Positions 16,880 to 24,507 of a stretch of 32,000 nt of DNA are shown here, piece by piece. Each line of letters starts with the position of its first letter. The stretch's first letter is position 1. This DNA is from Candidatus Sulfobium sp. (GTDB lineage Bacteria; Nitrospirota; Thermodesulfovibrionia; Thermodesulfovibrionales; UBA6898): NCBI GenBank assembly GCA_037380845.1, contig JARRRI010000006.1:30991-62990 (forward strand), read 5' to 3'. The position numbers and the translations under genes are program-made. Under the pieces are notes generated by a model that was given only the letters and a program-made list of their open reading frames with translations, did not search any database and was not told where the DNA came from.

Positions 16880-17010
16880 CAGTGTCAGTGATTAGTGTCA
16901 GTGTCAGCAACTGACATCGAACTCCAATCACTGCCGCTTTCGTCTAAATAAGACGGTGTCGGTAGTTCTTTCCAGTGTCCTTGACTGACACTGATCACTG
17001 GCACTGACAC
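16880..17010. repeat. 131-bp inverted-repeat (MITE/REP-like) element in the acsE-acsD intercistronic gap
   Basis: The left arm is CAGTGTCAGTGATTAGTGTCAGTGTCAG (16880-16907) and the right arm is CTGACACTGATCACTGGCACTGACAC (16985-17010). The arms pair as 9 bp, a 7-nt internal loop and 10 bp. Each end also forms its own small hairpin: TGTCAG-caa-CTGACA at 16902-16916 and CAGTGTC-n7-GACACTG at 16973-16993. Confidence 0.65.
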
Positions 17011-17030
17011 TTTAAGTGAGGAGGTTATAG

Positions 17031-17972
17031 ATGGCTTTTACACCGACCAAGGAGACGTATTCCGGAAAGGTATATCCGGTTTCTATCGGGACGGGCGAAA
17101 GTGAGGTCACTTTCGGCGGAGAGAACGTCCTTCCGTTCCATTCCTTCGAGGGTGAGACCCCGAACGGACCGCTGATCGCTTATGAAATACAGGATGTGCC
17201 GCCTTCCGACTGGCCGGAGAACGTCAGGAAGCCTTATGAGGCCGTATCAGACGATCCGGTAAAATGGGCCAAGCACTGCCAGGAGGGGCTCAAGGCGAAG
17301 GCGATAGCGCTGCGTCTGACAGGTACGCATCCCGACAGAGAGAACCGCTCTCCGGAAGACGCCACGAAGACCATTCAGGATGTACTCGCTGCGATAAGCG
17401 TGCCCCTTATCATCCTGGGCAGCAACCATGCCGAGAAGGACTCCGCGGTCCTGGTGGCTGCCTCTGAAGCGGCAAAGGGCAAGAATTGCATTATCGGCAA
17501 GGCGCAGGAGGCAAATTACAAGACTATTGCCGCTGCGGCCATGGCCAACAACCATAAACTCATTGCCATGTCCGAACTCGACATCAACCTCTCGAAGCAG
17601 CTGAACATTCTCATCACCCAGATGGGATTCGAAAAGGAGAGGGTCATCACAGACCCGATGTGTTCGGCCCTGGGATACGGTCTTGAATATACCTATTCGG
17701 TGATGGAGCGGATAAGGCTTGCCGCGCTGACGCAGAACGATGCGATCATGCAGCCTCCGATGATGGGAGACGTTGGCATGTATGTCTGGAAGATCAAGGA
17801 AACCCAGGCATCTGAAACGGACATGCCGGAGTGGGGCGCCGCAGAGGAGAGGGGAATCGCCTGGGAGGCGGTCACGGCAGCTTCGCTCCTGGCAGCCGGC
17901 GCAGAGCTCTTGATAATGAGACATCCGAAGGCCGTGGAAGCGGTCGGGAATTTCCTGGAAGAACTGGCGTAA
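17031..17972 (+). CDS. acsD: Corrinoid/iron-sulfur protein small subunit
   Basis: The translation FGGENVLPFHSFEGE...IQDV...WP...LNILITQMGF...ITDPMCSALGYGLEYTYSVMERIRLAAL...ERGIAWEAVTA...LLIMRHP aligns colinearly with AcsD/CdhD. SD GGAGG precedes the ATG. Confidence 0.93.
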   Translation: MAFTPTKETYSGKVYPVSIGTGESEVTFGGENVLPFHSFEGETPNGPLIAYEIQDVPPSDWPENVRKPYEAVSDDPVKWAKHCQEGLKAKAIALRLTGTHPDRENRSPEDATKTIQDVLAAISVPLIILGSNHAEKDSAVLVAASEAAKGKNCIIGKAQEANYKTIAAAAMANNHKLIAMSELDINLSKQLNILITQMGFEKERVITDPMCSALGYGLEYTYSVMERIRLAALTQNDAIMQPPMMGDVGMYVWKIKETQASETDMPEWGAAEERGIAWEAVTAASLLAAGAELLIMRHPKAVEAVGNFLEELA

Positions 17973-18030
17973 GAACCGGCACGGGCCGGTTCCCGGCCCC
18001 GCCTTGAGATAAGACTGGAGGTATAAGAAG

Positions 18031-19374
18031 ATGGCTTTATCGGGTGTTGAAATATTCAAGCTTTTACCTAAGACGAACTGCAAGAAATGCGGATTTCCGA
18101 CCTGCCTGGCTTTTGCCATGAAACTCGCTCAGAGACAGGCCTCGCTTGATGCCTGCCCGGATGTTTCCGAGGAGGCGAAGAAGGTCCTCGGAGAGGCATC
18201 CGCCCCCCCTGTACGGCCGATCACCTTCGGCACGGGTGACAAGGCAGTAAAGATGGGAGAGGAGACCGTCCTCTTCAGGCATGACAAGAAATTCGTTAAC
18301 CCCTGCGCATTTGCCGTGGAGATCCAGGATACTCTGTCCGAGGCCGACATAGCAGGCATTGCCGAACAGGTCGTGAATTCGGAGATAGACAGGGTGGGGC
18401 AGAAACTGAGGGTCGACGCTATTGCGTTGACCAACGTGTCGGGCGACGCAGGAAAGCTGGAGGCTGCTGCAAAGACAGTGGCGGCAAAGGCCCCCGGGGT
18501 GCCTGTAATCATATGCACGGAGAACGATCAGGCGGCCGATGCTGCGGTGAAGGTATTTGCAGGGCAGAAACCGGTCATTTTCGGCGCCAACGCCTCCAAC
18601 GTCGAGGCCATGGCGAACGTTGCCAAGGCGAACAAGGCTGTTCTCGGCATATCGGCCAACGGCCTCGAGGAACTCTCTGCGCTGACTGAGAAGGTGAAAT
18701 CACTCGGTGTGGAGGACATGGTGCTTGATTCAGGCGCCAGAAAGGCGAAGGACATACTTGAGCACAACACGCTGATCAGGAGGGCGGCGGTAAAGAAGAA
18801 TTTCAAGCCCCTGGGATATCCCATAATAAACTTCGTACAGCGGGAAGACGCTCTTCTGGAGACGCTGGTGGCTTCTCTGGGCGTAGCTAAATACGGATCG
18901 ATCGTCGTGATGAAGAATATCGAGAAGTGGAAGAACGTTGCTCTCTTCACCCTCAGGCAGAACATTTATACTGACCCTCAGGTGCCGATGCAGGTCGAAC
19001 AGAAGGTCTACAACATCGGCGAGCCGAAGGCGGAATCACCGCTCTTCATTACTACGAACTTCTCGCTGACATACTTCATCGTATCCGGCGAGATAGAGAA
19101 CAGCAAGGTGGCCAGCAGGCTGGCAGTGATGGACTGTGAAGGGCTTTCGGTCCTGACGGCATGGGCCGCCGGGAAGTTCACCGCTTCAAAGATAGCCCAG
19201 TTTATCACCGAAAGCGGTGTGGACAAGGAGATAGCCGGCAAGGAGCTGATCATACCCGGTTATGTCGCGATCCTCAGCGGCTCGATCGAGGACAAACTGC
19301 CGGGCTGGAAGATTACTGTAGGTCCGCGCGAGGCCAACGCCATACCGGCGTTCCTTAAGGGCCGGGCTGCTTAG
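18031..19374 (+). CDS. acsC: Corrinoid/iron-sulfur protein large subunit
   Basis: The N-terminal [4Fe-4S] motif is LPKTNCKKCGFPTCLAFAMKLA...LDACP. Further matches to AcsC/CdhE are LFRHDKKF, RQNIYTDPQVP, TTNFSLTYF and LSVLTAWAAGKF. Confidence 0.95.
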   Translation: MALSGVEIFKLLPKTNCKKCGFPTCLAFAMKLAQRQASLDACPDVSEEAKKVLGEASAPPVRPITFGTGDKAVKMGEETVLFRHDKKFVNPCAFAVEIQDTLSEADIAGIAEQVVNSEIDRVGQKLRVDAIALTNVSGDAGKLEAAAKTVAAKAPGVPVIICTENDQAADAAVKVFAGQKPVIFGANASNVEAMANVAKANKAVLGISANGLEELSALTEKVKSLGVEDMVLDSGARKAKDILEHNTLIRRAAVKKNFKPLGYPIINFVQREDALLETLVASLGVAKYGSIVVMKNIEKWKNVALFTLRQNIYTDPQVPMQVEQKVYNIGEPKAESPLFITTNFSLTYFIVSGEIENSKVASRLAVMDCEGLSVLTAWAAGKFTASKIAQFITESGVDKEIAGKELIIPGYVAILSGSIEDKLPGWKITVGPREANAIPAFLKGRAA

Positions 19375-19579
19375 CGGGAAAGAACTTGCTCTTTATTGTA
19401 AGAATTTCCTGTTAGTCATCTCCCGCAATGGCGGGAATCCAATCTTCTTTTTTTCAGGAGATAACGGATTCCCGATTACTGCCTCGGGCATGTCCAACAG
19501 AGAGATATCTGATATGGCGCAGTCTTGTGTCGGATAGATAAGGCGATAATCTAACAATTTGATTTTATACAGCAAAAAA

Positions 19580-19609
19580 TTGAAAAATAGAATATTAGTG
19601 AGTTAGGAT
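19580..19609 (+). promoter_or_regulatory. Candidate internal promoter upstream of acsB (TTGAAA-18 nt-TAGGAT) in an AT-rich stretch
   Basis: TTGAAA lies at 19580-19585 and TAGGAT at 19604-19609. A TAGAAT hexamer is also present at 19588-19593. The element sits about 50 nt upstream of the acsB ATG. This is a hexamer match only. Confidence 0.25.
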
Positions 19610-19658
19610 GGGAGATTCCAGCTTGATGAGCTCCTATCCATAATTAGAGGAGGTCAGG

Positions 19659-21857
19659 ATGTCAAAGTTAATAGCCTCGGCGGCTATACGTGGTTCCCAC
19701 AGTCTTGTAAAACGGGCAGAGGAGATGCTGGAGAAGGCGATTGCCGCGCATGGCGAGAATTATGCCTTTGAGTTTCCTGATACTGCATTCTATCTCCCGA
19801 TGATTTATGCGATCACCGGCTTCCCTGTCAAAACCATCGGGGACATGAAAACTGCGCTTGAGAGCGCCAAGGTTTACGCCCATCCGGAGCCGGATGCCGA
19901 ACTCTGGAAGCCCTATCTGGGCGAGGCGCTTGATTCGGGTATGCTCACACTCTTTGCCGAAGAGATCATATTGGCCCTGAGATACATCGAAGGCCTGGAA
20001 CCCTGCAAGGACCCGGACACCGGTTATGAATATAACGGTTTTATCACTGACACCATTCAGCGGAACCTGGGTATCCAGCTTGTTGACGGTACGATGCCCG
20101 GGTTTGCAGCGATCATCGGTGCGGCCCCGGACGAGGAAACGGCGGTGAAAATCGTCAGGGAATTACAGGAAAAGAATATCCTTACTTTTCTCTCGGGGCA
20201 CAGCAACGGAAACAGCGTCACCAAACAGCTCCTGAACAAGGGTGTCGAACTGGGATGGGAAACGAGGATTGTGCCCCTCGGTCCCGACACCGAGCACACG
20301 CTCTACGCCCTCGACTGGGCCATCAGGGCCTCCCTGATATTCGGAAGCAAGAAGCCCGGGGATTACAGGGAACACCTTAAGTACCAGAAAGACAGGGTCT
20401 TCGCTTTCGCCCTTGCCCTCGGCGGACTGGACGAGATCAAATGGTCGACCGGCGCAGGCGCAATCAACATGGGTTTCCCGGCGGTGTGCGATACTGACGT
20501 GCCCGTAATCCACCCGACCGGCGTCTGTACATATGAGGAAGTCGACAAGGAGTTCGATCACGACAAGATCGTCCAGAAGGCGATAGAGGTGAGGGGACTG
20601 AAGATCGTGGTCGAAAGACCTCCCATACCCGTTGCCTACGGACCGGCTTTCGAGGGGGAGCGGATCAGAAAAGAGGACATGTTTATCGAGTTCGGCGGGC
20701 AGAGGACGCCGGCCTTTGAATGGGTGAGGACGAAGGAACTTGAAGAGATAGAAGACAACAAGGTCGTGATCGTCGGCGAGAACTGGCAGGAGAGGTTCGA
20801 GCAGGGCGGCAAGATGCCCCTGGGCATAGTAATCGATGTTGCCGGAAGAAAGATGCAGAAGGATTTCGAGTCGGTCATCGAGAGGAAGATCCATCACAAC
20901 CTTAACGAGGCCCAGGGGTTGTGGCACATGGGCCAGCGCGACATAAACTGGGTGAGGATAAGCAATAATGCCAGGAAAGACGGTCTGAACCTGGAGCATA
21001 TCGGCGTTATACAGGCGACGATGACGCACGCCAGGTTCAAATCGATCGTCGACAAGGTCCAGGTCACCCTTTATGTTGATGAGAAGGACGTGCTCGCCAT
21101 ACAGGAAGAGGCGAGGGCGGCGTACCATGAGCGCGACCAGAGGGTGGGAAGCATGACCGACGAGGCTGTGGATACATTTTACTCCTGTCTTCTCTGCCAG
21201 TCCTTTGCGCCGAGCCACACCTGTGTGATCACGCCCGAAAGACTTGGTCTCTGCGGCGCTTACAACTGGCTTGACGGGAAGGCCGCATACGAGATCGATC
21301 CCACCGGCGGCAACCAGCCGATCGCTAAAGGAGACGTGCTCGACCCGGTGAAGGGCAGGTGGAGCGGGGTGGACGAATACCTCAAGCAGGCTTCCGGCGG
21401 CGCCATCGAAACGCTCAACGCATATACCATCATGGACAACCCGATGACCTCGTGCGGTTGCTTCGAATGCATCATCGCCATCGTACCTGAGGCAAACGGG
21501 GTGATGATCGTTCAGCGGGGTCATACCGGAATGACCCCGGCGGGAATGAAGTTCTCGACCCTCGCCGGCAGCGTCGGCGGCGGCATGCAGACGCCGGGTT
21601 TCATGGGTATCGGCAGGAACTTCATCACCAGTAAGAAGTTCCTTTACGCCGACGGCGGTCTCAAGAGGATCGTCTGGATGACAAAGAACCTGAAGGAAAG
21701 CCTGAAAGACGCCTTTAACGAGAGGGCAGCCGAGGAAGGCGTGCCCGATCTTCTGGACAAGATTGCCGACGAAACCGTCGCGGAAGACTCGGAGAAACTG
21801 CTTGAGTTTCTGACGAGCGTCGGGCATCCGGCTCTCGAGATGGACCCGATGTTCTGA
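19659..21857 (+). CDS. acsB: Acetyl-CoA synthase (A-cluster subunit of the CODH/ACS complex)
   Basis: 732-aa ORF carrying the A-cluster cysteine motifs CLLCQSFAPSHTCVITPERLGLCGA and SCGCFECI. The N-terminal domain is typical of bacterial AcsB. SD AGGAGG precedes the ATG. Confidence 0.97.
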   Translation: MSKLIASAAIRGSHSLVKRAEEMLEKAIAAHGENYAFEFPDTAFYLPMIYAITGFPVKTIGDMKTALESAKVYAHPEPDAELWKPYLGEALDSGMLTLFAEEIILALRYIEGLEPCKDPDTGYEYNGFITDTIQRNLGIQLVDGTMPGFAAIIGAAPDEETAVKIVRELQEKNILTFLSGHSNGNSVTKQLLNKGVELGWETRIVPLGPDTEHTLYALDWAIRASLIFGSKKPGDYREHLKYQKDRVFAFALALGGLDEIKWSTGAGAINMGFPAVCDTDVPVIHPTGVCTYEEVDKEFDHDKIVQKAIEVRGLKIVVERPPIPVAYGPAFEGERIRKEDMFIEFGGQRTPAFEWVRTKELEEIEDNKVVIVGENWQERFEQGGKMPLGIVIDVAGRKMQKDFESVIERKIHHNLNEAQGLWHMGQRDINWVRISNNARKDGLNLEHIGVIQATMTHARFKSIVDKVQVTLYVDEKDVLAIQEEARAAYHERDQRVGSMTDEAVDTFYSCLLCQSFAPSHTCVITPERLGLCGAYNWLDGKAAYEIDPTGGNQPIAKGDVLDPVKGRWSGVDEYLKQASGGAIETLNAYTIMDNPMTSCGCFECIIAIVPEANGVMIVQRGHTGMTPAGMKFSTLAGSVGGGMQTPGFMGIGRNFITSKKFLYADGGLKRIVWMTKNLKESLKDAFNERAAEEGVPDLLDKIADETVAEDSEKLLEFLTSVGHPALEMDPMF

Positions 21858-21975
21858 TTATTGATTAAGGATGACCGGAAATACCCGCATACAGAAATTG
21901 AAGAAAAGGGAGAGCAGAGGCCGAAACGGTTCCTTAACCTTGACCTCTGCCTTGACCTGTCAGTAAGGAGGATAT

Positions 21976-23961
21976 ATGTCAGAGAACATAAAGAGCGCTA
22001 ACAAGGCGGCGGAAGAGATCATCGAATGGGGCGAATCTCATAAAATCGAGACCTGTTTCGACAGGGCTCAGAGGCTTAAGCCGTGTCCGATCGGTGCGAC
22101 GGGTGCATGCTGCAAGGTATGTCACATGGGCCCCTGCCGGCTGGTGGGGAAGAACGCTGAAGAAGATGCGAGGGGTGTTTGCGGCGCCACGCTGCCTACG
22201 GTGGCTTCCAGAAACCTTTTGAGAATGATCGCTGCCGGGACGGCCGCCCACTCGGACCATGCCAGGGGAATGGCATTCACGCTCCTTTCGGTCGCCAACG
22301 GTGAGGCAAAGGACTTCAAGATAACAGACGTGAGAAAGCTTTACCGCGTCGCCGGCTACCTCAATGTCGAATTTGAGGGGAGGCCAGTAAACGACGTCGC
22401 GAGAGATGTTGCGACCAAGCTGATAGACGATTTCGGCAGGCAGAACGGGGAGATAAACTACCTGTCCCGCGCACCGAAGAAGACGCAGGAGAGATGGAAA
22501 AAGTGGGGTATAGTGCCCCGCGGCGTCGACAGGGAAGTGTGCGAGGCGATGCACCGGACGAACATAGGAGTGGACCATGACCCGGACCATCTCCTCCTTC
22601 ATGGGCTGAGGACGTCCCTTGCCGACGGGTGGGCCGGCAGCATGATTTCTACGGACGTCACGGACATCCTTTTCGGGACGCCGATGCCCCAGAAGTCCGA
22701 GGCGAGCTTCGGGATATTCAAGGAGGACGAGGTCAACCTCATCGTCCACGGGCATGAGCCTCTCCTTGCGGAGATCATGGTGGACGTTACGCAGGACCCG
22801 GAGATGGTGGCTTACGCCAAGTCGAAGGGCGCGAAGGGCATCAACCTTGGCGGTATGTGCTGTACGGCGAACGAGGTGCTGATGAGGCACGGCATCCCGA
22901 CTGCGGGCGGCTTTACAAACCAGGAACTCGGGATCATGACGGGCCTGGTAGACGCCATCACGGTCGATGTCCAGTGCATAATGCCGGCCATAGCCGAGCT
23001 TTCAAAAAAATTCCATACAAAGGTCATTACGACTTCTGAAAAGGCGATGATACCGGGCGCTGTCCATATTGAATTCGACGAACACAGGGCCGTCGATGTT
23101 GCCAGGGAAATTGTGAAACTCGCGATCGACAACTACGGCAACAGAAAGGCGGAAGGCAGTCATATTACGGATAAATTCCCGGTAATCGCGGGCTTCTCCC
23201 AGGAGTACATAGAGTACATGCAGGGCGGTACGTGGAGGGCGTCATTCAGGCCTCTCAACGATGCGATAATGGCAGGGAGAATCCGGGGAGTGGTCGGACT
23301 GGCGGGCTGCGACAACCCCAGGGTACCGTCGACGGGCCTCCACCGGTTTCTCGCCACGGAGCTGATAAAGAACGACGTACTTATCGTATCGACGGGATGC
23401 GGGTCGGCGGCTTGTGGAACGGCCGGCTACCTTACCCCGGAGATGGCCCTGGAAAACGCGGGCCCCGGATTAAGAGAGGTATGTGAGGCGATAGGGATAC
23501 CGCCCATCCTCCACCTGGGAGCATGCGTCGATAACTCGAGGATTCTTACCATTGCCAGTGCAATGGCTGCCGAAGGCGGCCTCTCGGACGAGATAGGGGG
23601 CATGCCTGCGGTTGGTATCGCCCCGGAGTGGATGAGCGAAAAGGCGATTGCGATCGGCTGCTATTTTGCGGCCTCCGGCGTGCCGGTGATATTCGGCGGT
23701 GAATCTCCCGTGGAGGCGAGTGAAGAGGTGACGAGAATCATGACTGAGGTCTGGTTCGAGAGGTTCATGGGGGCTCTCCACTTTGAGCCGGACCCGGAAA
23801 AGATCCTGAGCATGACCCTCGACTACATTGACCAGGCGAGGGAAAGGCTGAAACTCAGAAAGTACGAACCCGGCAAGTTCGGCGCCGAGAGGGTGCTTAT
23901 GGACATGGCGGCGCGCCGTGAGATCGAGAGGGCTGCAAAGCCTCATCTGGGAATATTTTAA
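21976..23961 (+). CDS. acsA: Anaerobic Ni-Fe carbon monoxide dehydrogenase catalytic subunit (CooS/AcsA)
   Basis: The N-terminal B/D-cluster cysteines are CPIGATGACCKVCHMGPC. HGHEP, GMCCTANE, GLAGCDNP, STGCGS and HLGACVDNSR are typical of the C-cluster region. SD AAGGAGG precedes the ATG. Confidence 0.96.
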   Translation: MSENIKSANKAAEEIIEWGESHKIETCFDRAQRLKPCPIGATGACCKVCHMGPCRLVGKNAEEDARGVCGATLPTVASRNLLRMIAAGTAAHSDHARGMAFTLLSVANGEAKDFKITDVRKLYRVAGYLNVEFEGRPVNDVARDVATKLIDDFGRQNGEINYLSRAPKKTQERWKKWGIVPRGVDREVCEAMHRTNIGVDHDPDHLLLHGLRTSLADGWAGSMISTDVTDILFGTPMPQKSEASFGIFKEDEVNLIVHGHEPLLAEIMVDVTQDPEMVAYAKSKGAKGINLGGMCCTANEVLMRHGIPTAGGFTNQELGIMTGLVDAITVDVQCIMPAIAELSKKFHTKVITTSEKAMIPGAVHIEFDEHRAVDVAREIVKLAIDNYGNRKAEGSHITDKFPVIAGFSQEYIEYMQGGTWRASFRPLNDAIMAGRIRGVVGLAGCDNPRVPSTGLHRFLATELIKNDVLIVSTGCGSAACGTAGYLTPEMALENAGPGLREVCEAIGIPPILHLGACVDNSRILTIASAMAAEGGLSDEIGGMPAVGIAPEWMSEKAIAIGCYFAASGVPVIFGGESPVEASEEVTRIMTEVWFERFMGALHFEPDPEKILSMTLDYIDQARERLKLRKYEPGKFGAERVLMDMAARREIERAAKPHLGIF

Positions 23962-24018
23962 AAAAGGATCTGAAATGGTTGGTAAGACATATATGCCCTG
24001 TATGTTTTTGGAGGTTAG

Positions 24019-24504
24019 ATGAAAGTTGAAGAAATAAATGTTGATGAGAGGATAGGAAGTGTCGGGGAGGTCCTGACAGAGGAGCAGAAGAAAAGGGGCG
24101 TGCTGATCCACGCCCTGCAGAAAATTCAGAAGGAGCATAATTATCTGCCGGAGGAGGTATTGAAGGACCTTGCAAAGAAGCTCAACTTGCCTCTCTCGGA
24201 GGTTTACAGCACGGCGTCCTTCTATAAACACTTCTACTTCAAGCCCAGAGGCAGGAATGTGGTATGTGTATGTCTCGGAACCGCGTGCCACGTCAGGGGA
24301 GCGGGCAAGGTCCTCGAAAAGATCGAAGAGAGTTTCGGGATAAGTGAGGGCGAGACGACGGAGGACATGTCGTTGACCCTGGAGACCGTGGGCTGCGTCG
24401 GATGCTGCGGCCTGGCGCCGGTCGTCACCGTGAATGATGAGGTTGAAGGCGACCTCAACCCGAAAAGGGTCACCGATTTAATAGAAACGATCAAGGGGAA
24501 ATAG
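24019..24504 (+). CDS. NuoE/HydC/HndA-like thioredoxin-fold [2Fe-2S] subunit
   Basis: The translation ALQKIQKEHNYLPEEVLKDLAKKLNLPLSEVYSTASFYKHF...VCLGTACHVRGA...VGCVGCCGLAPV gives the CX4C...CX3C ligand pattern. Confidence 0.9.
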   Translation: MKVEEINVDERIGSVGEVLTEEQKKRGVLIHALQKIQKEHNYLPEEVLKDLAKKLNLPLSEVYSTASFYKHFYFKPRGRNVVCVCLGTACHVRGAGKVLEKIEESFGISEGETTEDMSLTLETVGCVGCCGLAPVVTVNDEVEGDLNPKRVTDLIETIKGK

Positions 24505-24507
24505 AAG

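Noticed and set aside
16902-16916. TGTCAG-caa-CTGACA, read as TGTCA-n5-TGACA, as a CooA/CRP-family operator in front of CODH/ACS genes
   Set aside because: CRP/CooA-type sites have two 5-bp half-sites separated by 6 nt, and here the spacing is 5 nt. The motif is part of the larger repeat element and lies inside the operon rather than at a promoter.
17247-18119. 290-aa ORF antisense to acsD and the start of acsC
   Set aside because: It spans two well-supported plus-strand genes and their RBS region. Its translation is low-complexity and R/H/L-rich.
19411-19475. CRISPR-repeat-like palindromic units (TCCCGCaatgGCGGGA, GGATTCCCG)
   Set aside because: There are only one or two degenerate units, with no regular repeat-spacer periodicity and no cas genes in the window. 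They are treated as hairpins or palindromic repeat debris instead.
20163-21827. 554-aa ORF antisense to acsB
   Set aside because: It lies entirely inside the unambiguous AcsB reading frame. Its translation is R/P/G/H/L-rich with no recognisable motif, which is typical of a stop-poor antisense frame in a GC-rich gene.
21871-21966. 31-codon small ORF (MTGNTRIQKLKKRESRGRNGSLTLTSALTCQ) between acsB and acsA, ending in the acsA RBS
   Set aside because: The only SD-like sequence (AAGG) abuts the ATG with no spacer. The peptide is basic and featureless, and nothing beyond an open frame supports it.
21979-22890. 303-aa ORF antisense to acsA. Similar antisense ORFs occur at 23470-24291, 25054-25923 and 26065-26742.
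   Set aside because: All are embedded in strongly supported plus-strand genes of the acs/nuo-like string and have no motifs of their own.
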